NCBI GenBank assembly: GCA_030390025.1 | Contig: CM059431.1 | Coordinates: forward strand, 155,622,001-155,686,000 | Direction of reading: 5' to 3' | DNA length: 64,000 nucleotides | Source of the DNA: Squalus acanthias | Lineage: Eukaryota | Shown here: piece by piece, positions 39,385 to 51,020 of the stretch | Layout: each line of letters opens with the position of its first letter | How positions within the stretch are numbered: position 1 is the first letter of the stretch | Position numbers and translations under genes: made by a program | Notes under the pieces: model-generated | Seen by the model: the letters and a program-made list of their open reading frames with translations, nothing else | What the model was told of the DNA's origin: nothing | The model's database searches: none

Positions 39385-39665
39385 CGTAGAGGTTTGTTAT
39401 AACTGACTGGCTTGTTAGGCCATTTTAGAACCCAGTTAAGAGTCAACCATATTGCGGATCTGGAGTCACATATAGGCCAGCATCTTTTCTTTCCTACAGG
39501 GCATTAATGATGTCGTTTTTACGTCAATCCTTTAGTTTCGGATAGAATTATATCATTAACTGAATTTAAATTACCCAGTTGCCGTCATGGGATATGAACT
39601 CACAGATCAGGATCATTAATCCAGGTCTCTGGTTTACTTGCCCAGTGATATTACCACTACGTTAC
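39385..39665 (-). mobile_element. tRNA-derived SINE-like head with Pol III A/B boxes
   Basis: Minus strand A-box-like TAACGTAGTGG (39654-39664) and B-box-like GAGTTCATATCC (39590-39601). Confidence 0.6.
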
Positions 39666-39679
39666 GGTTCCCTTAATGG

Positions 39680-39950
39680 GGAAAAGAGCCAGAGATGATA
39701 TGAGGGAAGAAATATGCAGCAACTTGTTATGATCTGGACTTCACTACCTGAAATAATGCTGGAAGAATATACAACAGTAACTTTAGAAAAGGAATTTGAT
39801 AAATACTTGAAAGGAAAAAAAAATACAAAATGCACTAGAAAGAGCGGGGCGAGTGGAACTAATTGGAGAGCTCTGTGAAGGAGTCGGCACAAGCACGGTG
39901 GGCCGAATGGTATGCTTCTGTGCTGTATCATTCTTTGATACTTTGGTTCT
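39680..39950 (+). mobile_element. Old CR1 3' end fragment
   Basis: ELDKYLK-like end of ORF2 and 3'UTR gggccgaatgg...ctgtgctgt. Confidence 0.65.
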
Positions 39951-42437
39951 ATAGAGAGATTACGATCAGTTATCTTTGCGATATAGTGAATAATCGTTAA
40001 CAGCAAGAATATCTTTTTTGTACAGCTCATCATGCCTTGGTCTTTGGCAAATAACTCCGTTTTATTGACATGATATAGTGTCCGTTAAATATAATACATT
40101 CAAAACAATACAACGATAATTTAATAATCTCCGCTAACAATATTTCTAGATCAAAATCAGTCAAAGTCTAGACCCAACCCAGTGCGCCACAGCTCATGAC
40201 AGTCCATCGATTACTCAGAGGACCTATTGGGAGCGCTGTTTGTTTGAAACAAACAGAATTAGGTTAATGATTGAGATAACGCAGTGGAGGTAAATTCAAC
40301 TTTCGCCAATGGTGAAAAACAGTTGATATTGAACTGGCTGCCCGATGGAATGGAAAATCATGCAGAGTCTATATTTGGGGACCAATTTGACATCACGTAT
40401 TTTATATCACTGACGGCGCGAAAGATGCTGATTGCAGTTGTTGGACGGAAGAGAGCAATAATGCGGATCACTCAGTCCTTTGAAATCAACGCCCCAATGC
40501 AAATTTGATAAGTACATCCCGCTCGCCCAAATGTTGTCCAAATACAGACCTTGGGAGGATCAGATTTCAGTTCCAAGAAACACAACTGGACTCCTCTTGC
40601 ATTCTTTCGTTGTTGGATCCACAGCTTATTTTCCTTAACTGTGCCATTTTTATAACAGGCAGTTAAAACAAGTATTGTCTCTGTAATGCATTTTGCTGCA
40701 AACAGGAAGTAAAGAAGTGCTGTCCACGTTCAGAAAACTGAGAAATTTACTTCAGTGATTCCAAGGTTAGGTCCTCATTGTCAAGGTACACTTTGATCAA
40801 TAATGTGCGCATGCAGTGAAAACTCATGTCAATCAGCCACTCCCTCAATTTTCACAATATTTTCATTCTCTTGTTGTGTATGCCTGCTTATCTGAGACTG
40901 TTAACTCCTATCTATACCATTGAGATAATTTATGAACTAAGTACTACATAAATGTTCTGAAATGACTACTTGTCCTTCTGTCAAATCTAACACTCAAACA
41001 TTTTACAAACATGGCTGTCAGTTTGCTATATCTGGTAAAATGTCTTTGACGCCTGAAGTTCTGGTTAACTCGGTCCATCTAACCGGTGGTAGTTAAAGTT
41101 TCCTCAGCAGACCGGCAACAAAAGATAAGTAAAAAAAAGACTTACTTGAATGTGGAACCAATAATTACAGGAGTTAGCCTGTTGGCCTCAGGTTAAAACC
41201 ACGCGACCATGCGGGCTACTACTCTGGATTGCCTCTCTCACTCGCTTGATGTTTGCCTCCCTCGCTCTTCTAACAGTCCCACACTCTCTCAGCGGACCAC
41301 TTATCTCTCGGTCCTATTTGGTCGCCCTTCTTCGCGGTCGTATTGAACACTCCCAGTCGCCCTTCCAGACCATCGACATTAAAATCATGGTCAAGTGCCG
41401 ATTTCCTGGGGAAGCTTAGCAGGTCTCTACACCTCCCCAGTCTGCTGTAAACAAGGCCCGAGGCCCAATATCGGGTGGGTCGGCAGTAATTATGACTTCA
41501 CGTGATGGTGCAAAATGGGCGATGGCGAATCGAAAGTACCAGCGAATGTTGTCAATCGAAACCAAAACCGGGAGAGATATAAAGCGGCTGCCCATTCACT
41601 TCAGCATGTTTTCATTTCATCACAAAATATGAAAGTGACAATTGCACACTCCTCCCGGTGCCCAGTTCCCGCCAGCCAGCACGAAACAATTTCTAGGCCA
41701 TTGTCGATAAATTACACTAAAAAAATTATCGTTATAGATATTTAATCGATCGATTTGAATCATTCCACCATGTTAGCCTGAAGATAATCATATCCAATCT
41801 ATAACCACTTAAAATAACGTTCCAGATCAAAGATCTTATTTGTCAGAAATTTTTCCAAGCAAAGCTCTATTTTTTTTTAAGTCTCGAATTGACGTTAGTA
41901 ATATTTTACATTGTTTTTCTCCCAAATTTAAAATTAGAGTACTGAACCGTTAATTTATATTTGCTGTGACATAATTGATGGTTTGCTCCAATCAGTAAGG
42001 AGTTTCCCTAACACAAACCACCCCTGCATCTGGTTGAAGCATTCCCCCTCTATTCGATCTATCCTGCCACTATGTCCTGGTTAGATGGAGCCCAGCATTT
42101 CTGTAGAGCACCCGCCCCCTTGAAACGTTGTCCCATTGCTTAAAAAACTGAAACCCCTGATTCCCTACACCTAAGCTTTAACCACGTGTTGGCCTGCCTA
42201 ATTACACAGGTTTGTTTTCATTTACACGTGGTAAGGGTAATGATATGTTTAATCGTTCTTCCTATTGCCATAATTTATTATGATGGAGCCCAATCAATAC
42301 TGGATCATAATAAGGATTGTAAAAATAAGGAACGCGTGAATTTCTTGAAATAATTACTTAAATGTGTCTGGCCCAGTTACAGATATTAAGGTCAGTTCTA
42401 CCAATATTATTGCTGAATATCTCAATCTTTGCCTTAA

Positions 42438-42998
42438 CAAAAGCAGCTTCTCCCTGTGGAGACTGCATGAATGAGAATCCGAAAGAGAACTCCCGGGGAA
42501 CAAAAGATTCGCTCGACCGCACTCATCATTGTGACGAACTGGACGATGTAAACACCAAACCTCATGATCGAAGTGACCATTGGCACAAGGGATCAGACTT
42601 TGAAACGGATGTAATTCCAGGAGGATTGGTTCAAGATACAGTCACCGTATTGACTAACAATGAGAGTGATAAAGAAAAGGACAAAGGGGAGAATATCCCT
42701 GCAGTAACTGACAGGAGCACCGCGACAGCTGATGACATGGTTAAATGTCACAAAAAAGAATTGGAAGAAAGTGTTCCCACTGGGAACGAATCTCACAGCA
42801 ATATATCGATAAATAACAGTCCTGTCAGTATCAAGCCTGAAATATTTCATCGTAAACAAGAGGAAAAAGCTCCAAGGGAAGCTCTGCTCAGCACAGATAC
42901 TTCCGATGTGAGCCCTTCACCCATATTGAAGGAAGATCAACATCCACGGCTGCAAGAAAAAGGAACCAGCGGGAATGACAAAAGATTACATATATCTG
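42438..42998 (+). pseudogene. Repeat exon copy 1: frame open, both splice sites mutated
   Basis: Acceptor ttaa instead of ttag; donor atgagt instead of gtgagt; 561 nt. Confidence 0.7.
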
Positions 42999-44080
42999 AT
43001 GAGTTTACTCTTTTTGTTGAACTGATATAACCGCAATTTTTAAAGTTCAATCCAGTCATTCTCAATATTGGGTGGGTCTCCGGCCTACATTTTTTGGCGC
43101 AGGGATCGTTCCAGGCTGTAATTTTGGCGTCGTGTGGTGATGTAAAATGATTGATAGCGAATCGAAAGTAGCAGCGAATGTCGTCAATGGAAGTCAAAAT
43201 CGGGAGAAATGTTAAAACGTTTGCCCAATCAAATCAGCACTTTTGAATACAACTTACAATTAGAAAGTCACAATTAGACGATTCCCCCGGTACCCAGTTC
43301 GCGCCAGGCAGCACGAAACAATTTCGAGGCCATTTTCGATAAATTATTTAAAAAAAATTATCGTTACAGATATTTAATCAATCGATTTGAATCATTCCAC
43401 CGTGTCTGAGTGAAGATAATCGTGTCCAATCTATAACCCCCTAAAATAACGTTCCAGTTCTCAGATATTATTTGTCAGACATTTTTCATTAATCCAAGAA
43501 AAGCTCTATTGTTTGTTAATGTCTCATATTTACGTTATTAATATTGACGTTGTTTTTCTCCCAACTTTGGAATTAGAGTTATGAAACGTCAATTTATATT
43601 TGCTCTGGCATAACTGAAGGTTTGCTCCAATCAGTAAGGAGTTCTCTGACACTTATCACATTAACCCCTGCATCTGGTTGAAACATTTCCCCTCCATACT
43701 ATCTATCCTGCCACTGTGACCTGTTTAGTTGGAGCACAGCAGTACTGTACAGCTCCCGCCCCTTGGAACGGTGTCCCATTGTTTAAAAAACTGAAACCCC
43801 TGATTCTCTACACCTAAGCTTTAACCACGCATTGGCCTGCCTAATTACTCCGGTTTGTCTTCATTTGCACGTGGCAAGGGTAATGATAGGCTTAATCGTT
43901 CTTCTGATTGCCATAATTTATTATGATGGAGCCCAATCAATACTGGATCATAATAAGGATTGTAAAAATACGAAACGCGTGCATTTCTTCTAATATTTAT
44001 TTAAATTTGTCTAGTGCAGCTACACACATTAATATCAGTTCTTCAAATGTTATTGCTGAATATCTGAATCTTTGCTTTAG

Positions 44081-44641
44081 AAAAAGGAGCTTCTCCGTGT
44101 GCAGACATCATGGTTGAGAATCCGGAAGAGAACTCCCGGGGAACAACAGATTCGCTCGACCGCACTCATCGTGTTGAAGAAATGGACGATGTGAACACCA
44201 AGCCCGATGATCGAAGTGAACATTGGCAGAAGGGACCAGAAACAGAAACGGATGTCATTCCAGGAGGATTGGTTCAAGATATAGTCACTTTATCGACAAC
44301 CAATGAGATTCATAAAGATAAAGACAAAGGGGAGAATATTCCTATAATAACTGACAGGAGCACCGAGACACCTGGCGACATGGATAAATGTCCCAAAAAA
44401 GAATTGGTAGAAAGTGTTCCCACTGGGACCGAATCTCAGACCGATACATCGATAAAGATCAGTCCTGTTAGTATCGAGCCTGTAATTTTTCATCGTAACA
44501 AAGAGGAAAACGCTTCTCGGGAAAATCTGCTCAGCACGGAAACTGACTGCATGAACCCCACACACATATTGAATGCAGATCAACATCCACGGCTGCAAGA
44601 AGAAGGAGCCAGCGGGGATGACAAAAGATTATGCACATCGA
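44081..44641 (+). CDS. Repeat exon copy 2 (187 codons, acidic and likely disordered), phase 1-1
   Basis: ctttag|AAAAAGGA...TCGA|gtgagt, no stops. Confidence 0.7.
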
Positions 44642-45725
44642 GTGAGTTTACGCTTTTTGTTCAACTGATATAACCGCAATTATTTAAATTCAATCCAGTC
44701 AACCTCAATATTGGGTGGGTCTCAGGCCTACCTTTTTTGGCGCAGGGATCGTTCCAGGCTGTAATTTTGGCGTCGTGTGTTGATGTAAAATGAGTGATAG
44801 CGAATCGAAAGTAGCAGCGAATGTAGTCAATGGAAGTCAAAATCGGGAGAGATGTTAAAACGTTTGCCCAATCAAATCAGCACTTTTGAATACAACTTAT
44901 AATTAGAAAGTCACAATTACACGATTCTCCCGGTACCCAGTTCGCTCCAGCCAGCACGAAACAATTTCGAGGCCATTGTCGATAAATTATTTTTTTTAAA
45001 ATGATCGTTACAGATATTTAATCGATCGATTTGAGTCATTCCACCGTGTCTGCGTGAAGATAATCGTGTCCAATCTATAACCCCCTAAAATAACGTTCCA
45101 GTTCTCAGATATTATTTGTCAGACATTTTTCATTAATCCAAGAAAAGCTCTATTGTTTGTTTATGTCTCATATTTACGTTATTAATATTGACGTTGTTTT
45201 TCTCCCAATTTTGGAATTAGAGTTATGAAACGTCAATTTGTATTTGCTCTGGCATAACTGAAGGTTTGCTCCAATCAGTAAGGAGTTCTCTGACACTTAC
45301 CACATTAACCCCTGCATCAGGTTGAAACATTCCCCTTCCATTCTAGCTATCCTGCCACTATGACCTGTTTAGTTGGAGCCCAGCAGCACTGTACAGCTCC
45401 CGCCCCCTTGGAACGGTGCCCCATTGTTTAAAAAACTGAAACCCCTGATTCCCTACAGCTAAGCTTTAAACACGCATTGGCCTGCCTAATTACTCCGGTT
45501 TGTCTTCATTTGCACGTGGCAAGGGTAATGATAGGGTTAATCGTTCTTCCGATTGCCATAATTTATTATGATGGAGCCCAATTAATACTGGATCATAATC
45601 AGGATTGTAAAAATATGAAACGCGTGCATTTCTTCTAATATTTATTTAAATGTGTCTAGTGCAGCTACACATATTGAGATCAGTTCTACCAATGTTACTG
45701 CTGAATATCTGAATATTGGCTTTAG

Positions 45726-46286
45726 AAAAAGGAACTTCTCCGTGTTTAGACACCATGGTTGAGAATCCGGAAGAGAACTCCCGGGGAACAACAGATTCGC
45801 TCGACCGCACTCATCGTGTTGAAGAAATGGAGGATGTGAACACCAAGCCCGATGATCGAAGTGAACATTGGCACAAGGGACCAGAAACAGAAATGGATGT
45901 CATTCCAGGAGGATTGGTTCAAGATAGAGTCACTTTATCGACAACCAATGAGGGTCATAAAGATAAAGACAAAGGGGAGAATATCCCTGCAGTAACTGAC
46001 AGGAGCACCGAGACACCTGGCGACATGGATAAATGTCCCAAAAAAGAATTGGTAGAAAGTGTTCCCACTGGGACCGAATCTCAGACCGATATATCGATAA
46101 AGATCAGTCCTGTTAGTATCGAGCCTGTAATATTTCATCGTAACAAAGAGGAAAACGTTTCTCGGGAAAATCTGCTCAGCACGGAAACTGACTGCATGAA
46201 CCCCACACACATATTGAATGCAGATCGACATCCACGGCTGCAAGAAGAAGGAGCCAGCGGGTATGACAAAAGATTATGCACATCCA
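45726..46286 (+). CDS. Repeat exon copy 3, phase 1-1
   Basis: ctttag|AAAAAGGA...TCCA|gtgagt, no stops. Confidence 0.7.
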
Positions 46287-46990
46287 GTGAGTTTACGCTT
46301 TTTGTTCAACTGATATAACCGCAATTATTTAAATTCAATCCAGTAAACCTCAATATTGGGTGGGATTCAGGTCTACCCTTTTTTGGTGCAGGGATCGTAG
46401 CTGGCTGTAATTTTGGATTTGTGTGATGATGTAAAATGGGCGTAAACGAATGGAAAGTAGTAGCGAATGTAGTCAATGGAAGTCAAAATCGGGAGAGGTG
46501 TAAAAACGGCTGCCGAATCAAATCAGCACATTTAAATTTATCTCACAATTAGAAAGTCACAATTACAAACTCTGGACCCTGTCCAGTTCGCGGCAGCCGG
46601 CTTGGAAAGTATTTTGAGCCAGGGTAGATACGTTAACTTATTGTGCTTTAAGCCTTCACCCTGCAATGTGCTTAGGATGATGCTTCGACTGCATACAATA
46701 ACCTGCCGTGTGTTCCATTACACCCGGGTACAGTTTAGCAGATCCATAAATAGAATAAGCAGATTGACAGATGGATATATTGATAAGAGTTAGACTGATA
46801 GACAGACAGGCAGCGAGATAGTCAAACAGATAGATAAATAGATATATTCAGAATGATTATTAATTATTTGACTTTCTCTCTTTGTTTGATTAATGATTTG
46901 ATGCAGTGCAAAATATTTATGTGTGCCTGATCTACATATTGCCGTTTAGTGTAGCTGTCCGATATTTTGTGTTCCACTTGTACTTTATAG

Positions 46991-47160
46991 TGGATGATAT
47001 TACTGTTGTTGTTCCAACAGTATCGACTGACGCTGACACTCAGGAATCCAAAGATATGGAATTGTACCGGGATAGAATAATTGAAGCTGATGCAGAATCT
47101 GTGTCTGGTATCAGTGCAAATCTGCTTCATGAAAATATAGTCACTCCGATAGATTCTGAG
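46991..47160 (+). CDS. Putative NLR exon resembling a degenerate first-half CARD exon, phase 1-0
   Basis: ttatag|TGGATG...TCTGAG|gtaatt, 170 nt. ELYRDRIIEADAESVSGISANLLHENIV aligns by eye with KRYR-RLEHSIEEFSEDVSQSLLEANVF. Confidence 0.6.
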
Positions 47161-48780
47161 GTAATTTTGATCTAAATGGAAATGGACCTCTGTTACCCTA
47201 CTGTATTATAGATTGGACGTCTATGGTTTAATTATAATCAGTAGAGTTTACGCTTTCTCTGTCTTTCCTTCTTAAAGTAGGCGAGTTGCACTGCGGTATG
47301 GCTACACGGGCCTACGCTCCGAAATGTTACATGAGGAAAAAGTATGATTGCCGAGATTTCCATTTAATTGCCTCATTTCCTCTCGGGTGCGTATCTGACG
47401 CTAATTTTGACAGGTTTTTTTTACGCCGAAGATAAGGCAGAGCCTGGTCGGTGAACTGGATTCAGCACTGCTCTGCAAGAGCAAAGACTTATTTTGCAAG
47501 AATTACGCTACCTCCTGTTGGCCGAGTAATTAAATATTCCCTTGGTCATGCCCCTTCCTCCATGCTCAACAGTTAGACTCCATCTGCTTCCTCACCTCGA
47601 AACCCAACTCTTACATTGCATGTATAGCTTCGCCTCCAAGAAGATCATTCGCATTCTATCTGCACCATCGGCTCTAATCACTAATTGATATATCGCATTT
47701 TAATAGTCACTCCAACCTTTATCTTATTCTGTTTCGCCGCCAATCTTCGACTTGCTTCCGGTTCCTTCATTCGTGGCTCCGTAATTTGTGGCCATGCGTC
47801 TATTTAGATCGAAATTTTAACTGATGGATTGGATTCGAAATTTACCTGTAATCCCAGTTTTTCTATGTCTACGGCATTGAATTTTATTCATTTTGCTTCA
47901 ACTCTCCTGCTTCTGTTTTTGCAGCGATTCCAGCTCAGCTCGGCGCAGAGGTGCCTCATCAGACCTGTGTGAATTTTAGTTTACAAACTCTCTTATCCCG
48001 ATTATACAAGTAATTGCTTTCTTAAAGATAAAATCAGACATTTGAGATCACCTCGGCTCCATTTTTAATTAATCAAACATCTTTATTGCCTTTCTTCTTT
48101 TCGGTTTTTGCGATTATGATGGGCGCTACGATATATTTCTACCGTAAAGAGTGTACCTCCGCACTGTGGACTCTCAAGGTATCATTGTCAGTTGCTGCAC
48201 TGGCTCGGAAAATTTGTGGCTCATACAGTTCAGTAACTGGAAAGTCAGACCTATTGGGCGGATATTCCGATAGCTACGTGTGGGAACGCGATGTGTACTC
48301 AACCGTCGGGGCATCGGAAATGCCGGTTTGAGGCATGCGCAGCGCATGAGCTGGAAACCGGCATTTCCGATCTGTCAAGAAAGCATTGATAGATACTCCA
48401 GCTGCACTGGAGAAGGGCATGTGCTGGCGGATAGTTCCGCTTTTTGGAGACCCTCTGCCTGCAGAAAACCCGTACATTCTTGCGCCTGGTAAAAGCGGCC
48501 GTACGGCCTGCTTTTACCAGGATAAGAGTAAAAAAATAAATCACTAATTTATCATTTGAAAATACTTTAAAAAAAGGTAAGCTTATTTTTAGCCCCGTGA
48601 AAAACTTTAATTATTTTTTCAAAAATTTAAATTTTTGTTTATAATACTTCATTTTATGTAATTTCAAGTCATTTTAAATATGTGATATTTTTTTAATTTA
48701 TTTAATGTTTTACTATGTTTTGGGGCTGATATCCATTCATATATTTGACAGGACTTCCTGTCAATGGTATGAAGGGAGAT

Positions 48781-48978
48781 AAAAACAGAAAATGCTGGAG
48801 ATACTCAGCAGGTCAGGCAACATCTGTGAAGAGAGAAACAGAGTTAACGTTTCAGGTCGATGACCTTTCTTCAGAACTGTTTCTCTCTTCACAGATGCTG
48901 CCTGATCTGCTAAGGTTCTCCAGCATTTTCTGTTTTTATTTCAGATTTCCAGCATCTGCAGTATTTTCTTTTTGTAAT
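48781..48978. mobile_element. Mini Penelope-derived insertion of two inverted terminal-repeat pieces, 9-bp TSD
   Basis: AAGGGAGAT at 48772-48780 and 48979-48987. The right half matches the 3' end of the element at 23470-23570. Confidence 0.8.
48842..48878 (-). ncRNA. Minimal type I hammerhead ribozyme motif
   Basis: Minus strand AGUU-CUGAAGA-A-AGGUC-AUC-GACCU-GAAA-CG-UU-AACU: conserved core, stems I and II, palindromic AACGUU stem III. Confidence 0.75.
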
Positions 48979-49241
48979 AAGGGAGATTCCCTTCTGTGAT
49001 TGGCTCGCCATGGCCCACGCGATCCCAGGGACTTTGCGAACTACCTGTGCCTCTGGGATATGTGGGCCCTGCGCACTTACAGTTTGGAGGGGCCCAGCAT
49101 CGCAATTGTGCGCGTCCCAGGAGCCCTCAGGTAAGGGCGCAGATTTTTCCAAATCACAGTCCTCCGCACGCGGGAGCCCTGCAATCGGAATATCTGGGCC
49201 AGCGTATCTAATCATATTCTTACGATAATCAGTACCAACAG

Positions 49242-49359
49242 GAAAATGCTACAACAGGACCTTTGGTCAGCATGCATACTTACAGTGACATCAGCCTCAC
49301 ACACACAGTAAATGAAGATATTGGAGCCGGCAGAAATGGCATTAGCGCACACATATCGG
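49242..49359 (+). CDS. Putative NLR linker exon, phase 0-1
   Basis: caacag|GAAAAT...TCGG|gtaaga, open frame. Its phases bridge 47160 and 50253. Polypyrimidine tract is weak. Confidence 0.5.
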
Positions 49360-49490
49360 GTAAGATTACTCTTTCACTTGAACTGATATATCAGCCAGTG
49401 CTTGTATGCAATCCAGTAAACCTCAAGTTGTGTTTTAGGTCTCTTCTCATTCAGTTGTGGATACCGACTGATCTGAGACTGTTAACGTAT

Positions 49491-49570
49491 CAACAACAAC
49501 AAAAACATCGTGTATTTATATCGCGCCGTTAAAGTAATAAAGCGTCCCAAGGCGCTTCACAGGAATGTTA
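49491..49570 (-). mobile_element. Short L2-type 3' tail insertion
   Basis: Matches 7724-7795 (tttatat.gcgcc...cgtccc.a..cgcttc.cagga). Confidence 0.65.
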
Positions 49571-50252
49571 ACTATACCAGTGAGGTAAATTAAACGCTCA
49601 ATGTTATAGAACGTTCAGAATTCACGTCTGTTTACCTCCGCCAAATTTTGCACTCAACCTTAGTTTAACCATGGCTTTCCACTTGATTTCTCCGATAAAC
49701 TATGACGTTTGAAGTTTTGGTTAACTTGAGCAATCTAACAGACGGCCGTTAAAGGGTCCTCTGCAGTCTGCCACCAAATTAAACGTTTTTAGAAATTTTT
49801 AACTTATTATCCCAAGCTGACCATTTGTGAAAGCCTCCTCATCAAAATACACAACCCCGGTCTCTCCCATTTTGTCTCTACAATCTTCTTCGCATACCTT
49901 CTATTACACTCCCATCCCTGCTCTCCCTTTGCTGTAGTCAACATTGTATCAGTTATTTGCTCCGGACTACAGCTACAAACGTCAACCAAACTGGCTGGAT
50001 CTTCATTCCTAAAGTCCTCCATCTCACTACTTCTTGCTAATTGTAAAAAGCCGCAAAATGTTCCAAGTTCTGGGACATTTATTTTAACCCTACCAAAAAT
50101 ATTCAGCGTTAATGCTGATTCCTGCTCTGTGACGCGCCACAGGCCCTGTCACTGCCCTAAATAAACGCTGTTACTATAATAGTCAGTAAGGTTCATTCAT
50201 TGTCCTAAAGTGGACACTATATGTTAATCGTTCCTCTTTTACACCCTGCCAG

Positions 50253-50420
50253 AAAAATCAGATACAAATATTTTACTGATCTTGGCGAGCTACACTGATA
50301 TCCAGCTGCGAATCATTATCAAGCGCTACCGTCAGACTAGAACATTCAATTGAAGAATTCTCGGAGGACGTTAGTCAGTCGCTCTTAGAAGCAAACGTGT
50401 TTAGTGAAACAGATCATAAG
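50253..50420 (+). pseudogene. NLR CARD exon (first half) with a frameshift
   Basis: cctgccag|AAAAATCA...CATAAG|gtatgc. KSDTNILLILASYTDIQLRIIIKRYR shifts frame at ~50333 to RLEHSIEEFSEDVSQSLLEANVFSETDHK. 168 nt versus 170 expected. Confidence 0.7.
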
Positions 50421-50689
50421 GTATGCTACATATATGGTGGAATTCTGGAGTGTTAAATGAGTCATACGATTGCCTGTTTTGATTAACTGTAGTCCTTGCA
50501 GCCCAACGCTGTAAATATACGGGAAGCTCTACGGGTTTAACTTCAATACTGACGCTGAAAATGTTGTCCACTGTCAGCATAAACTATATTGAATCACTGC
50601 TCTGAAATATCTCTCCGGTAAATAATTTTTTTCTGAAATTTTCAATTAATACATTAAATAATAATAGAACAAAATCTCGTGGTATAACC

Positions 50690-51020
50690 ATAAGGTAATC
50701 ATGGCAGTATCCTACGTCCAGCTATCGTCAGCTGCTTCATCATGAACTTCCCTCAAAAGGTCAGAATTTGGGCTCTTCGCTTATGTTTGCACAGTTCATC
50801 TCCATTAACAATTCCTCAGGTAATTAAGCAGTCCATGCCCGCATGCAGCAAGACCTGGCCAATATGAAGGTTTGGGCGGATAAATACAAGTAACATTCAC
50901 GTCACACAAGTGCCAGGCAATAACTATCTCCAAAAACAGGTTGTCTAATCACCTTCCCTTGAACGTCACTGGCATTTCCATCGAGGAATCCGCCACCATC
51001 ATCACCCGGGGGGTCACCTC
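50690..51020 (+). mobile_element. Decayed RT fragment of the second LINE family
   Basis: Similar to the reverse complement of ~37150-37480 (AVHARMQQDLANMKVWADK). Confidence 0.65.

Larger units (their letters stand above)
41462..46600 (+). repeat. ~1.64-kb tandem triplication (exon plus intron with small MITE-like and CR1 ORF1 remnants)
   Basis: Equivalent positions at 42438, 44081 and 45726 (periods 1643 and 1645). Units 2 and 3 are most alike. Confidence 0.95.
48255..49200 (+). mobile_element. MITE copy 4 (related subfamily) carrying a Penelope-derived insertion
   Basis: TIR-like gggcggatattccgat / atcggaatatctgggcc; internal motifs shared with copies 1-3. Confidence 0.75.

Noticed and set aside
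42999..43006. AT donor as a U12 AT-AC intron
   Set aside because: ATGAGTTT does not match the U12 consensus ATATCCTT, and the paralogous copies have GTGAGT.
47925..48179. Possible extra exons (strong acceptor at 47924; hydrophobic ORF ending at a donor near 48180)
   Set aside because: No phase-consistent stop-free fit to the gene model and no recognisable homology.
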